A program made the translations under genes and the position numbers. Below, piece after piece: positions 39,062 through 50,900 of a stretch of 64,000 nucleotides of DNA (position 1 is the stretch's first letter; every line of letters begins with the position of its first letter). The stretch is taken from the IMG/VR virus record IMGVR_UViG_3300042988_001309, positions 1 through 64,000 of that record; one strand, 5' to 3'. This DNA is from a virus. The notes beneath the pieces were generated by a model. The model had not been told where the DNA came from. It saw only the letters and a program-made list of their open reading frames with translations, and did no database searches.

Positions 39062-42000
39062 AGGACTGGGAACGGCGAGCCCAGCTCTATGAGGCGTCGC
39101 TCGCCAAGATCATCCGGGCCCATCTGACCCGCCAAGAGCGCGTCGTCATCGAGAAGCTCGGTGGCGCCAAGACCCGCCAGCGCTACGACCGTCACCTGGA
39201 GGCCAAGGCCCGGTTCGGCAACTCCGGCACGGCTCAGCTCACCCCGGCCCGCCTGGCCAGCTTGATGGCCTCTGCCGCTGTGCCCGGCCGCCCCGGCGCC
39301 GCGGCGCGAGCCACCCTCACCCGGTTTGGCGTGAACTGGCAGACCGGCAAGCCCCTCGCCGGTGGCGCCCCCTCGACGCCCGCCCCGAGCGCCCCGAGCG
39401 CACCGAACACCCCGAGCGTGCCCTCGGCACCGAGCGGCCCGCCGCCATCGCCGCTCAAGATGGTCACCACGCTGATGGGCAACTTCGCGCCCGGCACGCC
39501 GCCCTCCCCGTTGGGGAATGGCGTGATCCCGAACGCCCCCCAGTCGGTCCACAACAACGCCGACATCGCTGCCAAGGCCACCGGCTACGCGCCCGGCACC
39601 AACGGCTACGACCTCGCCTACTACGCCTACCTCGACGCGGCCATGGACCATGCCCGAGGCCTGTTCAAGGTCGACCCCACCACCCATGACTTCACCGCCT
39701 CCGAACTGGCCGTCCTCGACGCGGTCGCCACCCACGCCGTCCAGAACCGCATCGCCGCCGGTGCACCATCGCTGGCGATGATCTCCCGCAACCACTTCCC
39801 CCATGCGTTCCCGTTGGCGCCGACGAGCGCCAACCCCAACCCGCCGCTCAATGCCCCCAACACCCCGAGTGCTCCCGCCGCGCCGACGCCGCCCCCAGTG
39901 CCGTCATCGCCCACGCCGCTGGCCAACCCCGGCACGCCGACCATCGTGTTCCAGAACCCGCTGCCCATCGAGCTGCCCGGCGCGATCTATGCCAACGCCA
40001 CCAACTACTTCGGGGCCAACCTCATCAACGCCTCGCCGCCCGTGGGTGCCGCGAACCCCTATCGGGCCTTCCCGAGCCAGATGGCCTATGCCACCTACGT
40101 GGTCGGCGCCATCGAGTCGATCCAGCGCAACGGCTTCCAGGTCGATCCGGCCACCGGCGACTACGACCCGGCCGACTTCGCCAAGTTCGACGCCGACGGG
40201 GCTCACGCCACGTTCACCTACTACAAGTTCGGCACCCCGCCGCCGCTCATGGTGTCGGCCTCGCTGTGGCCGACCGGCGCCCACAGCCCCGGCGTCTCGA
40301 TCACCACCACCGGCGTTGCGGTGGGTGCCCCGTCATCGCCCCCGCCACCCCCGCCGGTACTCATGGTCCCCTCGCCGATCGGCATGGTCGCCGCGGGCTC
40401 CCCGGTCTCCCCGCTGCTCGGTGGTGGCCAGCTCCCGGCGATGCCCCAGTCCATCCATGACGCCGCCAACCGTCGAGCGTTGAGCGTCGGTCTCTCTCCT
40501 GGCTTCCAGCCCGGCACCAACGGCTACGACCTCGCCTACTACGCCTACATCGACGCCGTGTACGTCCAGGCGTCCCCGATCATGGGCCAGTCCCAGGTCC
40601 ACCTCGACCCCAACACCGGGGACTTCACCCCCGCCGACCTGGTGCTGCTCGACAACGTCGCCTCCAGCGTGGTGGCCAGCACCATGATTGCCGGAGTCCC
40701 CAGCTCCACCATGGTCCAGCGGGGCAACATCCCCGCCAACTTCGCCAACGGTGCCACCCCCTCGCTCAACGCCCCCAACACCCCGAGCCCGTCATCGGGC
40801 GCCGGTGTACCCCAGGGCCCCTCGATCTCCGCCACGGTCGGCACCCCGACCCCCGCCTTCGGTGGTCCTCCGACCCCTCCGGCCGGGCCGATGCCGTACC
40901 CCGACATCCACGATGTCCCCGACCTCCCCGACCCGCCGGACACCACCCCGGTCCCCGACGACCAGATCGTGCCCACCGTGTCCGGGCTCGACGAGCTGGT
41001 GGCCATGGGCCCGATCCCGCGGGCCAAGTCGCTGGCTGCCACCGTGCAGGCCCACCGGATGCGGATGCGGGCCTGGATCGGTGGCGACCCGATGCGCCAG
41101 GACCTGGCCGACGCCGCCGCCATGTGGATCGGCGACTACCAGCTCCCCATGCGCGAGTACCAGGAGATCCGCTCGTCGGCCGACTACCTGGCCAAGAAAC
41201 CCCGGGGCATGAAGGGCGGCCGCCTGGCCATGCGCCACGCCGCCACGTTGATGGCCGCCGCGGCCACCGGGCCCGTCATCCCCCGCATGTACCGGGGGAT
41301 CACCGTGACCTCCAGCGACCTGACCAACATGACCAAGCCGGGCTACCGCTTCACCGGCTCCCTCGACGCCTACTCGCTCAACCGGGACCGGGCGCTGGCG
41401 TTCGGGAACCTGCGCTCCACCAGCGGCTACGGCGGTGGCAACAACCTGGTGATCATCGAGATCGACGGCGGCCACGGCGTGCCGGTCAGCCCCTTGTCGC
41501 ACGCCACCGGCGCGGTGAGCTACCTCGACGCCGAGGAGATCCTGTCGTCGGGTGTGTGGGAGACCGTGTCGTCCTCGACCGCGTCCGAGACCCCGATGAC
41601 CATGGTGCGCGACGGCATGACCCCCGGATCGAGCCCTCGGACGGTCACCACCATCCGGGTCCGCCAGATCGTGCGCGGCTACGACCCGGTCACCGGCGAC
41701 GAGATCCCCGTCATTGCCCCCGCTGCCGCCACCAAGGCCGCCCGGCGCGACTACCCCGAGATCATTCCGCACGAACCGATGTACCCGAAACCCAGCGACT
41801 TCACCCCCGACCAGGAGGCGATGAACCTGCTGGTGTGGGTGGACGACGGCATCGAGCTGCCCGAGGTCAAGGGCATCCACCTGCCCGGCATCTTCGACGT
41901 GGCTGCGTTCGCCAAGCGACTCATCGACGACGCCCTCGACTGGCTCAAGCTCATGTACGGCGACTGGGGGAGCGCCACGGCCCGTCATCTCGGCGCCGCC

Positions 42001-44598
42001 GACTGGAACCCCCGCGACCCCGCCGTGGTGCAGGCCATCGAGAACCAGGCCGAGCGGATGCGCGGCGTGGCCGAGACCACCTACAAGCTCATCGAACAGC
42101 GCATCGCCGAGGCCGAGGCCGAGGACCTCCCGATGCCCGACATCGTCGACCGGGTCGCCGCCGACTTCGCCCGCCAGCGCGAGACCCGTGCCGAGACGAT
42201 CGCGGTGACCGAGGTCTCCGCGGCGGCCAACACCGCCAGCTTCCTGGCCGCCAACCAGATCCCTGGCGCCACGCTCACCAAGACGTGGTGGACGATGCAG
42301 GACGAGCGGGTCCGCCCCGCCCACCGCCACGCCCATGGCCAGGTGGCCGACGTGATGGAGCCCTTCGTCGTCGGTGGCGTGCCGATGATGTTCCCCCACG
42401 ACCCGTCCGCCCCGCTGCACCTGATCATCAACTGCCGGTGCCGGATCATCTGGAAGCCGGTGTACGTGATGACCGGAGCGACCGCTCCCAACCCGGCGCT
42501 GGCCAAGGCGTGGTCCAGCCGTCATGGCCAGTCCAAGGCCCGCTTCGGCAACCGGGGCGGGGCTCAGCTCACCCCGGTGGCCCTTGCCCGGCTCCTGGCC
42601 TCGGCGGCCACCCCCGGCAAGCCCGGCGCCGCCGCCCGCGCCACCCTCACCCGGTTCGGGGCCCGTGTCCCCGCCCCGGCGCCGGTGCCGACCCCGGGAG
42701 GCTCGCTCGACGCCGTCAAGGCCCGCATCGCCGCTCTCCACGCCTCCGGGCCCCAGGCTTCGTGGTTCGGGGCGCAACGGCTGCGCAACCAGATCGACCC
42801 CAACGACCCGGCCAGCCGGGAACGAGCCGTGCAGGCCACCATCGACGTGATGCTGGGCCGAGGCCAACTCGACTACGACCGGATCATGACCGACGACGGC
42901 CTCAACGCCATCCGGGACCTCATCGACAAGCGCCTGGCCGGACAACCGCCCAAGGGCCGCATCGGCGCGATCGTCGAGGAGACCTTGAACCGGCGCATGG
43001 GCGCCGCGCTGCGCGACGTGGACCCCGACGAGGTCGCCTCGATGATGGCCAGCCGCTACCTGCCCACCCAGGGCGACTGGGACGACAAGGCCATCCGCCA
43101 GCGCGACCGTGACTACGCCGCCGCGGCTGCCCGTCATGTCCTGGCCGACTACCTGACCCGCACCACGTCGAACTGGCCGCCCGCTCCGGCCGGGATGGAC
43201 GACACCCGCCGGGACCTGATCCGCGACTCGATGACCGCAGGCCTGCGCGGCACCAACGAGCCCGGCATCGCCGCCGTGCTCGCCCAGGCCCCCAGCCCCC
43301 GGGCCATGGCCAACGAGGCCGAGATCAACGCCATCGGCTCCGCCATCATCGACGCCGCCCTGTCCGACAAGGTCACCGACCAGGCCGCCCTCGACGCCGC
43401 CTACGACGCCGCCTCGACGGCCCACCACGCCTCGATGCGAGCCCTGGCCGTCCACGACGACGCCTACGCCACCTCGGCCGCCGCTGCCGTCATCGCCTCG
43501 TCCAACTCGATGGGGCTCCCCGACCCGCCGGTGACCGGCTGGGTGGCCATCGACACCAAGGTGGACAAGCGCCGAGGGGCGATCACCCTCATCTGGGGCA
43601 ACGGTGGGGACACCTTGTCGATGCGGATCACCGCCCACGGCAACATCCACGCCCGCTACACCTCCGCCGGTGGGGTCGAGCGTGACGCCAGCCCGGCCAT
43701 CTCCGACCAGGCCGCCTACGACGCCCTCGCCCAGGCCTCGGCCGACCTCCAGACCATGCGGGCCGCCTACGACGCCAGGGGCATGTACGGCATCCGCCGG
43801 GTCGAGCGCGACGCCATCTTCGACGCCCTCGGCCAGATCCGCCCGTTCGCCAAGGGCCGCACCCCCCTCGTCGCCACCGACAACACGCCCATCGCCCACA
43901 ACTTCGGCAGGGGCCACGGCGCCCCGCCGCCGGACCAGACGGTGATCGACGCCCTCACCTGGGCCACCGACTACTACCCGAGCGACTGGGTCGACGCCGG
44001 TGACGCCAACGGCCCGGTGTACGGGATGGGCTTCGACCGGCGCGGGTTCTTCACCCAGGTCCCCGACCCGAGCGGCAAGATGGTGCCCGTCATCATCGCC
44101 AGTCGGTCGGACCCGAGCCCGCTGGTGGAAGGTGGCGGCACCCCCGAGTTCAACGAGACCATGGCCCATGAGTACGGGCACTACATGGAGATGGTGATCC
44201 CCGGCCTGACCGACGCCGAATACGCCCTGTGGTATCGCCGCACCAACGGCGGCGAGGGGGCCATCTCGATGAACGAGGCCGAGGGGGTCCCCGCTCAACT
44301 CCAGGCCATGGGCATGGGCTATGGGCCCGAGGAGATCACCGCCCCCGACGAGTTCCTCTACGCCTACATGGGCAAGATTTACCCTGGCGGCACCCAGACG
44401 AACCGGGAGATGTTCACCATGGCGATCGAGTCGCTCGTCGGTGGCCGCGGCGGCAAGCTCCCCGACGGCTCCCGGCCCAAGAGCTTCGTCCAGGGCGACC
44501 GGGACATGGCCAACTGGCTCGTCGGCCTGCTGGCCACGCTCAACCTCGGACCGGGCAACACCGCCACCACCTCGACCACTGCCGGAGCGCCGTCATGA
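39040..44598 (+). CDS. Polyvalent MuF (gp7-like) minor head protein with ADP-ribosyltransferase-like and zincin domains
   Basis: MuF motifs RAETIAVTE, KTW...D.RVRPAH, INCRC (~41870-42460); YRG..S..EE (41290-41540); HEYGH (44167). Confidence 0.85.
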   Translation: MDDAAWVEDWERRAQLYEASLAKIIRAHLTRQERVVIEKLGGAKTRQRYDRHLEAKARFGNSGTAQLTPARLASLMASAAVPGRPGAAARATLTRFGVNWQTGKPLAGGAPSTPAPSAPSAPNTPSVPSAPSGPPPSPLKMVTTLMGNFAPGTPPSPLGNGVIPNAPQSVHNNADIAAKATGYAPGTNGYDLAYYAYLDAAMDHARGLFKVDPTTHDFTASELAVLDAVATHAVQNRIAAGAPSLAMISRNHFPHAFPLAPTSANPNPPLNAPNTPSAPAAPTPPPVPSSPTPLANPGTPTIVFQNPLPIELPGAIYANATNYFGANLINASPPVGAANPYRAFPSQMAYATYVVGAIESIQRNGFQVDPATGDYDPADFAKFDADGAHATFTYYKFGTPPPLMVSASLWPTGAHSPGVSITTTGVAVGAPSSPPPPPPVLMVPSPIGMVAAGSPVSPLLGGGQLPAMPQSIHDAANRRALSVGLSPGFQPGTNGYDLAYYAYIDAVYVQASPIMGQSQVHLDPNTGDFTPADLVLLDNVASSVVASTMIAGVPSSTMVQRGNIPANFANGATPSLNAPNTPSPSSGAGVPQGPSISATVGTPTPAFGGPPTPPAGPMPYPDIHDVPDLPDPPDTTPVPDDQIVPTVSGLDELVAMGPIPRAKSLAATVQAHRMRMRAWIGGDPMRQDLADAAAMWIGDYQLPMREYQEIRSSADYLAKKPRGMKGGRLAMRHAATLMAAAATGPVIPRMYRGITVTSSDLTNMTKPGYRFTGSLDAYSLNRDRALAFGNLRSTSGYGGGNNLVIIEIDGGHGVPVSPLSHATGAVSYLDAEEILSSGVWETVSSSTASETPMTMVRDGMTPGSSPRTVTTIRVRQIVRGYDPVTGDEIPVIAPAAATKAARRDYPEIIPHEPMYPKPSDFTPDQEAMNLLVWVDDGIELPEVKGIHLPGIFDVAAFAKRLIDDALDWLKLMYGDWGSATARHLGAADWNPRDPAVVQAIENQAERMRGVAETTYKLIEQRIAEAEAEDLPMPDIVDRVAADFARQRETRAETIAVTEVSAAANTASFLAANQIPGATLTKTWWTMQDERVRPAHRHAHGQVADVMEPFVVGGVPMMFPHDPSAPLHLIINCRCRIIWKPVYVMTGATAPNPALAKAWSSRHGQSKARFGNRGGAQLTPVALARLLASAATPGKPGAAARATLTRFGARVPAPAPVPTPGGSLDAVKARIAALHASGPQASWFGAQRLRNQIDPNDPASRERAVQATIDVMLGRGQLDYDRIMTDDGLNAIRDLIDKRLAGQPPKGRIGAIVEETLNRRMGAALRDVDPDEVASMMASRYLPTQGDWDDKAIRQRDRDYAAAAARHVLADYLTRTTSNWPPAPAGMDDTRRDLIRDSMTAGLRGTNEPGIAAVLAQAPSPRAMANEAEINAIGSAIIDAALSDKVTDQAALDAAYDAASTAHHASMRALAVHDDAYATSAAAAVIASSNSMGLPDPPVTGWVAIDTKVDKRRGAITLIWGNGGDTLSMRITAHGNIHARYTSAGGVERDASPAISDQAAYDALAQASADLQTMRAAYDARGMYGIRRVERDAIFDALGQIRPFAKGRTPLVATDNTPIAHNFGRGHGAPPPDQTVIDALTWATDYYPSDWVDAGDANGPVYGMGFDRRGFFTQVPDPSGKMVPVIIASRSDPSPLVEGGGTPEFNETMAHEYGHYMEMVIPGLTDAEYALWYRRTNGGEGAISMNEAEGVPAQLQAMGMGYGPEEITAPDEFLYAYMGKIYPGGTQTNREMFTMAIESLVGGRGGKLPDGSRPKSFVQGDRDMANWLVGLLATLNLGPGNTATTSTTAGAPS

Positions 44599-44900
44599 GG
44601 AAGCTCAAGGTCAACGACAACGCCGGGCATTGGATCGCGGTCGTCGACCTCGACGGCCAGCTCACCTGGTCCTACGCCCTGCCGGAGATCGGCGAGTACC
44701 ACCAGGAACTGATCGAGTGGGGCCGCCCGTGCGCGTGGGGGGAGCGCACCGTGGCCGCCACCGACGTGCCCGGCGAGCCCGGCTTCATCCCGGCGATCTA
44801 TGAGGCCCTCGGCTGGCGCCCCTACATCGCCGAGGCGGTGGGGGACTGGTCGGGCTCGATGCCCGATCCCGGCGACCTCCCCGACGGCGCGGTGCCCTGA
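44595..44900 (+). CDS. Small acidic protein, candidate immunity protein
   Basis: ATGA-coupled to the MuF polyprotein; 101 aa. Confidence 0.55.
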   Translation: MRKLKVNDNAGHWIAVVDLDGQLTWSYALPEIGEYHQELIEWGRPCAWGERTVAATDVPGEPGFIPAIYEALGWRPYIAEAVGDWSGSMPDPGDLPDGAVP

Positions 44901-44942
44901 CCGTCACCAGGTCAACCCGGCATCATCGGCAACGATGGTGGC

Positions 44943-47900
44943 ATGGCGTTCGTGTGGAGATGGGCCCCCGGTGAAGTGAAGGCCACGGTGGCAGGGACGG
45001 CCAACCGTTTCGGCAACCTCGGTGGCTCCCAGATCAACGCCGCCAAACTCGTCTCGCTGGTGACCCGAGCCGCTGTGCCCGGCCGCCCCGGCGCCGCGGC
45101 GCGAGCCACCCTCACCCGGTTCGGCTACGACGCCGCTGGCAACCCACTGTCGGGGCAAGGGCCCACGGTCGCCCAGATGGCCGCGGCGGCCAACGTCCCC
45201 GGCCCCAACGTCCCCAACGCCCCGAGCCCGTCATCGCCCAACGCCCCTGGTGCGCCCTCGACCCCGAACGCACCCAGCGCCCCCTCTGCGCCGTTGCCGC
45301 CCCCCCAGCCGACGGCGCCGAACGCCCCCGGCCCGGTGTCGTCCTCCACGCCTGGGCCGGGGGCACCTTCCGCCGCTGCGCTGCCAGCGATGCCCTCGGT
45401 GCCCGGCTCGGTGGCCGGTGCGAACACGGTGCCCGTGCTCGACGCCAACGGCTCACCCCGCCCCGTCATGACGGTCGACAAGGTCGACGACTTCCCGACC
45501 TCCAACGCCATCGTCGACTCCTCGATCATCCTGTCCGACGCCCTCACCGAGGTGGTGACCACCATGGGTGGCACCTACGGCGACGACACCCCCGAGAACT
45601 ACACGGCGGTCAACGCCTTCGTGACCGAGGCCGCCCAGACCCTGGTGGACCTCGACCTGGCCGCCAACTTCGACGCCGGGCTCGGCGCCAACCACCGCCC
45701 CTGGCCCACGGCCGACCAGCTCTACACCGCCGTCACCCGTGGCTACCAGGCGGCCTGGCAGTCGGTGGCCAAGCTCCACGGCGACACCCCGAGCGACCAG
45801 AGCACGACCGACGAGGTGCTCACCCCCGGGCCGGGATGGCACTCGCCGATGACCGGCCGGGACTACCCCGGGATGCCCGCCGACGTGCCCCTGCCCGACT
45901 ACTTCGACAACGTCACCATGGGGCCCGAGCCCACCTTGCCGAGCGGCTCCCCGCGGCCCCCGCTGCGCCTCCCCGATCCCAATCTGCCCCAACGGCCGAC
46001 CGTCATCGTCAACCAGGACGGCCGCCTGTTCAGCCTCATGGCCTCGATCTCCTCGGCGTTCCGCACCACCTACGGCAAGGACTCCCCGGAGCGCCGCATC
46101 GCCATCGGCGCGTTCCTGGCCGAGACCTCCCAGAGCGCCACCGACTTCGGCTTCAAGCCCACGGGCTGGGGCTCGTTCGCCAACGGCAAGAGCCCGACCG
46201 ACGAACAGCTCATGGTCATCGCCGACCGGGGCCGCCGCTCGGCGTTCCAGTCGGTCGCCGACTTCCACGACGCCCAGCTCGCCCCCGCGGCCGTCACCGA
46301 GCGCGACGACATCTATCTGCCCGACCGGGGCGAGCAGACGATCAAGGTCAACTCGCTCACCGACGTGGTCGACGACGCCACGCTGCCCTACGTTGAGATC
46401 CCGCCGAGCTGGGGCAACGGCGGCCCGGGAGCCGCCAAGAGGCCCTCCGACGCCGAGCTGGCGTGGAAGTTCTCCCTCGACTACGGCGCCCCCGGAACGG
46501 TCGCTCAGCGCCTCGCCTACAACACCTGGGCCGTGTGGGCCTCCAAGTGGCGACGCAACGACCCCGCCAAGTACCGGGTCCTGGCGATGTCGACGGCCGA
46601 GGCCCAAGGCATCGAGGAGAACGCCCGGTTCGACATGGTGACCAGGGTCCTGGCCCACCCCTCGACCGAGGCCATCGCCGTGCCCGGCTCGCGTTCGGTG
46701 CAAGACACCGAGCACCGCGAGTGGGTCGAGCTGCCCGCTGGCGCCGGAGCCCCCGACCCCAGGGCCAACCCGGGCAAGACCTACACCGCCGCCGGACTGC
46801 GCGATGGGTCGGACCCCTACGTCCCCCGCCCGGTCGGGCTGGCCCGCTCGGGGAGCGCGTTCGACAAGCTCATCGACAACCCCATCGACGCCGAGTGGAT
46901 GACCAGCCACGGCTATCCACCCGACCCGGTGCTCCTCGCCGTGGCCCAGTCGGCGTGGGCCGATGCGGTGAACGAGCGGACCTTCTACGCCGAGCGCAGG
47001 GGCTACTCCGTCATCCCCTCGATCAACACCATCGTCCTCGACGCCGAGACCGACATCGCTCGACGCCTGGCCGACGCCCAGTGGTCGCGCACCCAGGACC
47101 CGCCGGTGCCGATCAACCTCGGCTGGGGAGACGGTGTCAAGGACGACGACTACTCGGTGCTCACCGACCCGTACCTGTTCGGGCCCAACGGCCGCACCGG
47201 CGCCAAGAACCTGTGGGACCTCAACTTCGACGCCTGGGAGAAGATGGGCGGGGACCGTAGCTCCGTCATCGCCCGGAGCACCCAGCTCATCGCCGACCAC
47301 AAGTACGCGCCCGACGACGTGACCCCGCTGCTGCGCACCGACTTCCGGCGCGGCTCACCGGCGATCGACATCCCCCACGACTACCTCGACGCCTACCTCA
47401 AGACCGGCGGCATGGACGTGGCCCGCCGGGACCGCTCGGTGCTCGCCCAGAACGACCAGTTCGCCATGCTCTCGTTCACCCCCGACTCGGCCTATGCCCA
47501 GTGGATTGCCGTGGACATCGCCAAGCGCCGCGTCGACGGCGAGGCGACCCGTCATGACGACATGATCCAGGCCCGCATCGACGACGCCACGGCCCAGGAC
47601 CTGATCGCCTTCGCCCAGGGGCTCGCCGGTGTCGATGTCAGCGACCCGACCGCCCCCCAGTACCCGGCCGGGCGCGACACCTACATCGTGGCCCTGGCCG
47701 CCATGGGCAACCAGTTCGACCAGCTCCCCAAGATCATCTCCGGCAACGACATCGACGCCGCCAAGGCCGCCGCCGTGACCGCCGTCAAGGCCGCCTCGAT
47801 GGCGCAGTTGCCTGGCCTGGAAGCCGCCCTCGCCTTCGCCAAGTCCGGCGACCCCAACGACGACTACGGCTGGGCCGACCTCGACGCCGAGTACCAGGCG

Positions 47901-50900
47901 ATCAAGATGGCCATCGGCCCCGCCGCGGCACGCGCCTACCTCGCCGGTGGGCTCTCCCTGGTCGCTCAGGAAGGCAACACGCTCGCCCAGCCGCGCGACA
48001 ACGCCCGCGGCGTGCTGGCCCGTGTCCTGGAAGCGCGTGACGCCCAGACCCCGCTCGACCCGACGCTCATCTCCGCCCTGCTGGCCGTCAACCCCGAGCT
48101 GCTCCCGATCCAGTACCGGCCGGTGGTGCGCCAGCCTCGGGTCACCCTCAACCTCGTCGGCGACCCGCTGCCGCCGGTGAAGGTGGGCCTCCCCATCGGT
48201 GGGCCCGACCCGGCATCGCTGATGCCGTCACTCGACGTGACGCTCCCACCGCCGGTGGCGCTCCCCGCCGCCGACGCCGACCTCTCGATCCCTGCCGGGC
48301 CTGATCTGACCGGCACGCCGCCGGTGCAGATGTTGGCCGAGATCGAGGTGGGCAACCGCATGGCCCACGCCAACGGCGAGCCCCGGCCGTGGCTGATGGA
48401 GAGGGCGGCCAGCGCTCTGGCCAACGCCATCGAGGGCTACGTCTGGGAGACCTGGGACGGTGGGCCGGGAAGCGCCCACGACCAGAAGTTCAACACCCAA
48501 CAGGTCGACGTGCCCGCCGGTGAGGCCGTCATCCGCCTGCTGTCGAGGGACGTGACCAACTTCGGGATGGTCACCGACGTGGCCCGCCAGAGTGCCACGG
48601 CCGAGATCGTCGGCAAGATGGTCGACTCCTGGAACGGCGACCAATACAGCTTCCGCTACGGGTCCAACAAGCCCCCCACGGGCCTGTCCGGTCCGGCCAT
48701 GGCCGACGTGGCCATCAACCTCGTCAACAAGTTGCTCGGCGACCCCGGCCCTGACGCCAACCCCGAGCCCGGCCGCCCGAACCGTGGCTGGGTGGGCCGC
48801 GCCGACTCCAACATGCGCATGATGATGGCCCTCGCCATGGTCCCCAAGGTCCGCGACGACGGGACGATCTCCGGGCGGGGCGAGCGCCTGGTGTTCCAGG
48901 CCCTCGACACGATCTCCAAGGCCCAGCTCAACGAGCTGGGCGGCCGCTACGACCTCACCAAGCTGTCGATGCCCTCGATCGACCAGCTCCGCGGCATGAA
49001 GTTCTTTCGCCCGGTGGCGGCCACCTACCAGCGGGCCGTGCTCAACGGCGACGACCCGATCGCCGCGGTCGACGCCCTCATCGACAACATCGGGCCGCTC
49101 AACCTCGCCGTCACGGGGTCCACCAGCTACGACTCGCCGACCCAGAAACTGCGCTTCCACGACCTGATGCAGCAGGCCGGGAACGGCATCGTGCGCGCTG
49201 CGCTCCCGCCGCACAGTTCGGCGCCGGGCACCGGCGCCAACAAGTGGCGCTTCGTCATGACCGGCGACCTCTACGTCGAGCTGGGAGTCGACATCGGCGA
49301 CCCCCAGGCGACCACGATCGAGTTCACCATGGCCTGGAACGCCGCCATGGCCAAGCTCGACGAGTACGACAAGAAGTACCCCGGCATCAAGGACAGCCCC
49401 GAGGCGTTCACCTCGGCCCGGTTGTCGGGCGCCCGCAAGGCGATGCTCAACGCCGCCAAGAAAGAATGGGACGCCCTCCAGAACGGCTCGCGCAAGCCGC
49501 TCAAGCTCACCGACTACTCGGCGGTGCCGAGGGCCAAGTCGCCCGACCCGGCGCTCGATCCCCAGCTGGCGATCATCGCCCCCGGCTCCGGCCCGGTCGT
49601 CGTCCCCTACTGGCTCGACGCCAAACAGCTCCCCAACACCAAGGCCTACTTCGACGCCCGAGGCGCCGCTGGGGACCGGGGCCGCAAGGTGGCTGGCCGC
49701 GAGGTGTCCGGGGCGCTCGACGCCCGCTACGCCAACGACCCGGCGGGACGGGCCGACCTCGACGACCTGATCGGCGCGGTCACCGTCGGGCTCCCCGGCG
49801 ACAAGGTCGGCGATGTCACCTTGGCCGCCTACTCGGCCGCCGCCAACCCGGCCGCCATCCACCCCCTCGACGCCGCCTACAACGCCGCGGCCGAGATGGT
49901 CATGACCTACAAGCTCGACCGTGCCACGGCCGACGTGAACAGCCAGGGCGACCTGCCCGGCCTCAACGACATCGAGTCGGCGATCTCCGACGACGGCAAC
50001 CGGGCCGTCATCTCGGCGATCTATCGGGCCCAGATCAACGCCAACGCCCGCCCGGTGGTCAACACCCTCGTCGCCGCCCAGACCCTGGTGCGCCACGGGC
50101 AGATGAACCAGAGCGAATACGACTCCCTGGTGAACGTGGTGCAGTCCACCTACCGCCAGCGAGCCATGGCGTCCTCGTTCGCCGCCGCCCGAGCCCGCAT
50201 CGGGGCGATCAACACCGCCACCTACAGCGGCATCGCCTACGACGACCCGGCAGTGGCTCACGCCATGGCCAAGGTCGCCGAGTTCGACATCGTCGCCGAC
50301 ATCCCCGACGAGTCCAAGGTGGTGGCCACCAACGCCGCCATCGCCGTCATCGCCGCCGCCGACATCTTGAACCCCGGCTGGGAGTTCGACGACGACCTCA
50401 AGGGCCAGGTCTGGAACGCCGCCACCGACGCCGCCAACGCCGCCCATGAGCTGCGCTCCAACGGCGAGCCGACCTCGATGGTGTTCAACCCCGACGGGGC
50501 GCTCACCTTCCTCGGCTACGGCGACCGGGCCCCCGAGCAGATCCTCGACGGGACGGTCCACCACGTCCTGGCCCGGCGCTCCAGCCACGTCATGGACGTG
50601 CCGGTGGCGCTCGACTCGCACGTCAACAACGGCGCCTACTACGTGGACGACCCACTCGGCGTGCTGGCCGACGAGGCGCTCGACGAGACGATCAAGAACA
50701 TGGAGCGGGGCCTGCCGGGCTCCAAGCTGGCGGCCAACATCTTGCGCGACGACGGGGGAGCGGTCTACGACGGCCTGCTCCAGGCGATCTATCTGGCCCA
50801 GGGCTACAGCGTCGAGCCCGACATCATCTCCGAGTCCGAGTGGAACCTCGACGTGCAGAGCGAGTTCGGCTTCGCCCGCGGCGTGGGCCCGGCCGACTCC

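Noticed and set aside
40792-44298. Very long minus-strand ORFs (also 48228-51587, 61718-63973, 15780-17885)
   Set aside because: They are antisense shadows of GC-biased + strand genes, with V/G/D/E-rich composition and no motifs.
39274-45121. Diversity-generating retroelement template/variable repeat pair
   Set aside because: The repeats show no adenine-specific differences, and no reverse transcriptase is present in the window.
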